Under the pieces are notes generated by a model that was given only the letters and a program-made list of their open reading frames with translations, was not told the origin of the DNA and ran no database searches. The translations under genes and the position numbers were made by a program. From positions 9,379 to 54,252 of the forward strand of contig CAZPWC010000004.1 in NCBI GenBank assembly GCA_964590155.1: 44,874 nt of DNA. Reading direction: 5' to 3'. This DNA is from an uncultured archaeon. Its GTDB lineage: Archaea > Iainarchaeota > Iainarchaeia > Iainarchaeales > JAAZKV01. Below are positions 41,660 through 44,874 of this stretch, piece by piece. Numbering within the stretch: the stretch's first letter is position 1; the number at the start of each line of letters is the position of its first letter.

Positions 41660-42661
41660 TTATGAAGATTCCGATTCACAAGAACTGCTCCCAAGTGATT
41701 CTTTCAAACAATAAGTAGTGTCTTTTGTCAGCACTTCATAATTAATGTTTGGGAATTTTGTTTGCCATGCGCTTGCACACTCATATGCATAGTTGCAGTT
41801 CCCGCATTTTTTTATTTCTTTAAATGTCAATCCATTATCTTCTTCCCTCACCTCATAAGTGCTTTCAATTAGGGGTTTGCAATATGAATTAAACCCTACA
41901 TCAAAATCAGCAGAGTTTTTATCAAACCCCGCGTTTTGTCCTTCAAAAGTAAAAACAGCTCTATATGTTCCCGGAGTAGTAATTCTTGTCGCCCACACAA
42001 ACGAGTGTTCTTGTCCTGGCATTAAAATAGAGGGGTCTGTTTCTGTTTCTATTACTTGTTCAGGGAATTCTTCTTCTGTTTCTTTCCACTCAAAATTAAC
42101 TAATTTTTCAAGCACAAGATTCATCTTTCCCTGCGCCAAATTATTTTCTCCGCTGTTTTTTGCTTTTACTGTGGCTGTAACAATTTCATTTAATTGATCA
42201 AAGTTTATTTCAGTCACTTCTGCTTGCGCGGGTTTTGAGCCGAAATAAACTCTACAAACAGGTAAATCGTCTTGTTTTATGCATCTTAGATTTATTTTTG
42301 CTTGAGTTGCAAAATTAAAAGTTAAATTAGTATAATCCCACTCAACCGCTTTTGTGCATTTGTAATTTATGTCTTGTTCCGCTTTTCTTATGCAGCACAA
42401 ATTAGGGTTGTTGCACTCAAAAGCTAGGGATAATTGCGAGGTGTCAAAAAAACTTTTGTTAATTGTGTATTCTTTTTCCACGCTTCTTTGGCCTAATTCA
42501 ATTGTTTGTCCTAAATAAGTTTCTGTTTGCGCTGTCACTAGCCCTTGTTTTATTTCCAACAAAAGATTTTCTTTTGGAAACATTGCGTTGAAAAGGGTTA
42601 TGGCAATTAGGATTAGCACAACAGCAACTATTGCATAAACCAACAATTCAAATACTTTCAT
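41660..42661 (-). CDS. Cys-rich extracellular protein with an N-terminal hydrophobic anchor (hypothetical)
   Basis: MKVFELLVYAIVAVVLILIAITLF, then a domain with many Cys residues at both ends and a central beta-sandwich-like stretch (VTATVKAKNSGENNLAQG). Confidence 0.55.
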   Translation of the reverse strand: MKVFELLVYAIVAVVLILIAITLFNAMFPKENLLLEIKQGLVTAQTETYLGQTIELGQRSVEKEYTINKSFFDTSQLSLAFECNNPNLCCIRKAEQDINYKCTKAVEWDYTNLTFNFATQAKINLRCIKQDDLPVCRVYFGSKPAQAEVTEINFDQLNEIVTATVKAKNSGENNLAQGKMNLVLEKLVNFEWKETEEEFPEQVIETETDPSILMPGQEHSFVWATRITTPGTYRAVFTFEGQNAGFDKNSADFDVGFNSYCKPLIESTYEVREEDNGLTFKEIKKCGNCNYAYECASAWQTKFPNINYEVLTKDTTYCLKESLGSSSCESESS

Positions 42662-42705
42662 AATATTTCCTCTTAAAATTATTCTTTTTTTCCAAAGTTA
42701 TTCTT

Positions 42706-42954
42706 TTATTTTAATGTTCTTAGTTCCCACTTAAAGAACCATTCAAGTATTCCTTTTAGCGCTAATATCAGCAAGAAAACCATTATCCAACTGAACCAAT
42801 CATCTAAATAAAAAAAAACTTCTCTTAGTTCTTCAAATCTAAAATGTAACGCTACCGCAAAATAAGCTAGGAAAGCAAACGATCCTATTATGATTACCCA
42901 TTTTGTCCAGGTCATGCAAAAATCAATGCTTTTTTGGTTAAAAATCCTTTCCAA
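42706..42954 (-). CDS. small two-TM membrane protein (hypothetical)
   Basis: 82 aa with two hydrophobic helices. It lies on the same strand between lig and the Cys-rich gene. Confidence 0.45.
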   Translation of the reverse strand: MERIFNQKSIDFCMTWTKWVIIIGSFAFLAYFAVALHFRFEELREVFFYLDDWFSWIMVFLLILALKGILEWFFKWELRTLK

Positions 42955-42998
42955 TGCTCAAAAAATGAAAAAAACAGTTGTTTTGTGTTCACTTAGTT

Positions 42999-44819
42999 TT
43001 ATTTTGCGATATAATCTTTTTCTTCCAAAGAAACTCTTTTTTGTATCTTAAACATTTGTTCCACTTCTTTAGTTGTTGTGGCTATTTCAGGTTTTCTATC
43101 ATGTCTAATGGAAATCATTCTTGGAAAACGTAAAGCCAGTCCTTTTCCTTCTTTTTTTGCACACTCATGGGAAGGACTTCTTGTTATTTCGTCCGCGCGC
43201 ACTTCTATTACATATTTTGGCTCGACCCAAAAATCGGGTTCTAATGCGCTCTCGACTCTTACAGGTTTTTTCTTTGTTGTTGTTTTTGATAATATTTCTT
43301 CTAATTGTCCTAACATTTCTTCTGACATTCCTGTGCCGATTTTTGCAACGCTTTCAAAGCAATCTTTTTCTTCGTTATAAGCCGCAACTAGTAAGGCGCC
43401 TAGGCCAAATTCTGTTCTTTTTCCTTTTCCTTTGTAATAACCAATTATAACTAAATCAAGAGTGTCGTCCAAACTTCCTTTGTATGATCTCTTCAACTTT
43501 ATCCAAGCAAATTTTCTTGCCCCTGCAATATATGGCGCGCTCAAATCTTTTGCTATTATTCCTTCAAGTCCTCGCGATATAGCATCTTCAAAAAAATCTT
43601 CAAGTACTTTTGGGTCATCAGTTATTTTCATTTCACTTAGGCCAATGAGTTCTCCTTTTTTTAGAATTTCTGTGAGTTTTTTTCTTCTCTGGATAAATGG
43701 TTCATCCATCATGTTTTTTCCGTCAACAAACATTATGTCAAACAAAAATAATTTTAGCGGGTACTCTTTCGCCTTTTTCTCAACTTCATATTTTCTCTTT
43801 CTCTGAATTGTTATTTGGAAGGGATAATATTCTTGTGTCTCTTCATTAAAAGCTAGTGCTTCTCCTTCAACAATACATTCTTTTGGCAATTGTTTTTTTG
43901 CTGCATTAATTATTTCAGGAAACATTTTTGTTATGTCTTCGCTTTGTCTAGAAAAAATAGTTATTTTGTCTCCCTTTTTTGATAGTTGAACTCTAAATCC
44001 GTCATATTTTGCTTCAACAGCGCACTTCCCTAATTTTTCAATTATTTCTTTTGCGTTAGGTAATCTTTCTGCCGCACTTGGTCTTATTGGAGTTCCGGGG
44101 GTAATATTTATTTTTTTTAGTCCATCAATTCCTTTTTCTTTTAAAAATTCAGCGATTTCTCCGAGGTCAGAGTGAACATTGTAAGCCGCTTCAATTTTTT
44201 CCCTTAATTTCATTTTTTCTTTTCTTTGTTCTTCTTCATTTTTTTCTTCCCATTGTTTGTCCTCTTCTTTTGCAAGCATTATTGCAAAAGCATCCATTAT
44301 TGTAGGGTCGCCCACTCCAAGTCTTATGTTGCTTAGAGGTATTCTAACAATATATCTAGCTTCTATTGGGGTTGCTGAATTAAGTAATTCTGCAAGTAAT
44401 TTCAATCTCATCTCTTGACTTCCAGTTCCTTCTTTTGCGGAGATTTTTTCAAAATTAGCAAATACTTTTTCTACTGTAAGTTTTTGTTCTGATAAAGCAG
44501 ATTGTGTTTTTTTTTCTAAAAACTTTTCCGCAACATTTCCAAGGTCTCCAATTTTTGCATATTCATTATCCACTTCTTTTCTTGTGTACCCACTTGTTTT
44601 CACTATGCCTTCAGCAATCATTTTTTCCCCAAAACCAATTTCTTTTCCTTCAAATTGTGGAGCAATCCTTCCTTGCAATAAGTAAATTATTTTCTTTGCC
44701 TCATTTGTAGGCATTTTTTCAAATAGTTCAGTAAGAATTTTTGTCATTTCTAGGCGAGAAGAAACCTCTTCAATTCTTGAAAAATATTCTGCAACATCTC
44801 GAAAAAGCATTATTATCAT
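42999..44819 (-). CDS. lig: ATP-dependent DNA ligase (archaeal Lig1 type)
   Basis: Adenylation motif I AVEAKYDGFRVQL, then EGIIAK, and an OB-fold C-terminus. An alternative ATG at 44810 gives MLFRDVAEYF, the usual ligase N-terminus. Confidence 0.95.
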   Translation of the reverse strand: MIIMLFRDVAEYFSRIEEVSSRLEMTKILTELFEKMPTNEAKKIIYLLQGRIAPQFEGKEIGFGEKMIAEGIVKTSGYTRKEVDNEYAKIGDLGNVAEKFLEKKTQSALSEQKLTVEKVFANFEKISAKEGTGSQEMRLKLLAELLNSATPIEARYIVRIPLSNIRLGVGDPTIMDAFAIMLAKEEDKQWEEKNEEEQRKEKMKLREKIEAAYNVHSDLGEIAEFLKEKGIDGLKKINITPGTPIRPSAAERLPNAKEIIEKLGKCAVEAKYDGFRVQLSKKGDKITIFSRQSEDITKMFPEIINAAKKQLPKECIVEGEALAFNEETQEYYPFQITIQRKRKYEVEKKAKEYPLKLFLFDIMFVDGKNMMDEPFIQRRKKLTEILKKGELIGLSEMKITDDPKVLEDFFEDAISRGLEGIIAKDLSAPYIAGARKFAWIKLKRSYKGSLDDTLDLVIIGYYKGKGKRTEFGLGALLVAAYNEEKDCFESVAKIGTGMSEEMLGQLEEILSKTTTKKKPVRVESALEPDFWVEPKYVIEVRADEITRSPSHECAKKEGKGLALRFPRMISIRHDRKPEIATTTKEVEQMFKIQKRVSLEEKDYIAK

Positions 44820-44874
44820 ATTAATTAAGTAAAGTTAGGTATTTTAGGGTTTCTTTTTACTTTCTTATTATGTT

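Overview
This is an AT-rich, densely coding chromosomal segment of about 45 kb. G+C is roughly one third by eye, not computed. It reads as a small-genome archaeon, most plausibly a DPANN-like lineage (inference). Archaeal hallmarks are GatD/GatE, diphthine synthase, deoxyhypusine synthase, ATP-dependent DNA ligase, a Trm5/Taw2-type methyltransferase, a DUF63-like membrane protein and a tRNA-Gln with an A1-U72 pair. They sit beside bacterial-type LeuRS, a Zn-lid adenylate kinase, UppP and GatCAB. I call 46 protein-coding genes (one runs off the left edge and is missing from the ORF track), 2 tRNAs, one candidate structured RNA, several direct-repeat arrays, one operator-like palindrome and two terminators. 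I saw no CRISPR array, rRNA, transposase, integrase or recognisable toxin or defence gene. All domain calls come from motif recognition by eye; no HMM or BLAST search was possible. The main second-look items are: (1) a full Nudix box and about 145 extra residues embedded in-frame inside the CP1 editing domain of LeuRS; (2) a compact island at 31.2-36.0 kb holding a GuaD-like deaminase, a Nudix hydrolase, a Zn-ribbon peptide, two tandem divergent NAPRT-like paralogs with mosaic gene-conversion patches, and a divergent LOG/SLOG-like protein; (3) a second copy of the last 10 codons plus stop of an MBL-fold nuclease gene, starting 83 nt downstream of the first copy and differing only at synonymous positions, with two GC-rich hairpins in between; (4) a secreted protein that is about one third tyrosine; (5) a 395-bp gene-free region with a GC-rich structured core that shares an 11-mer with the palindrome upstream of a membrane-protein/wHTH pair; (6) six abutting 20-bp repeats downstream of a bacterial-style hairpin terminator.
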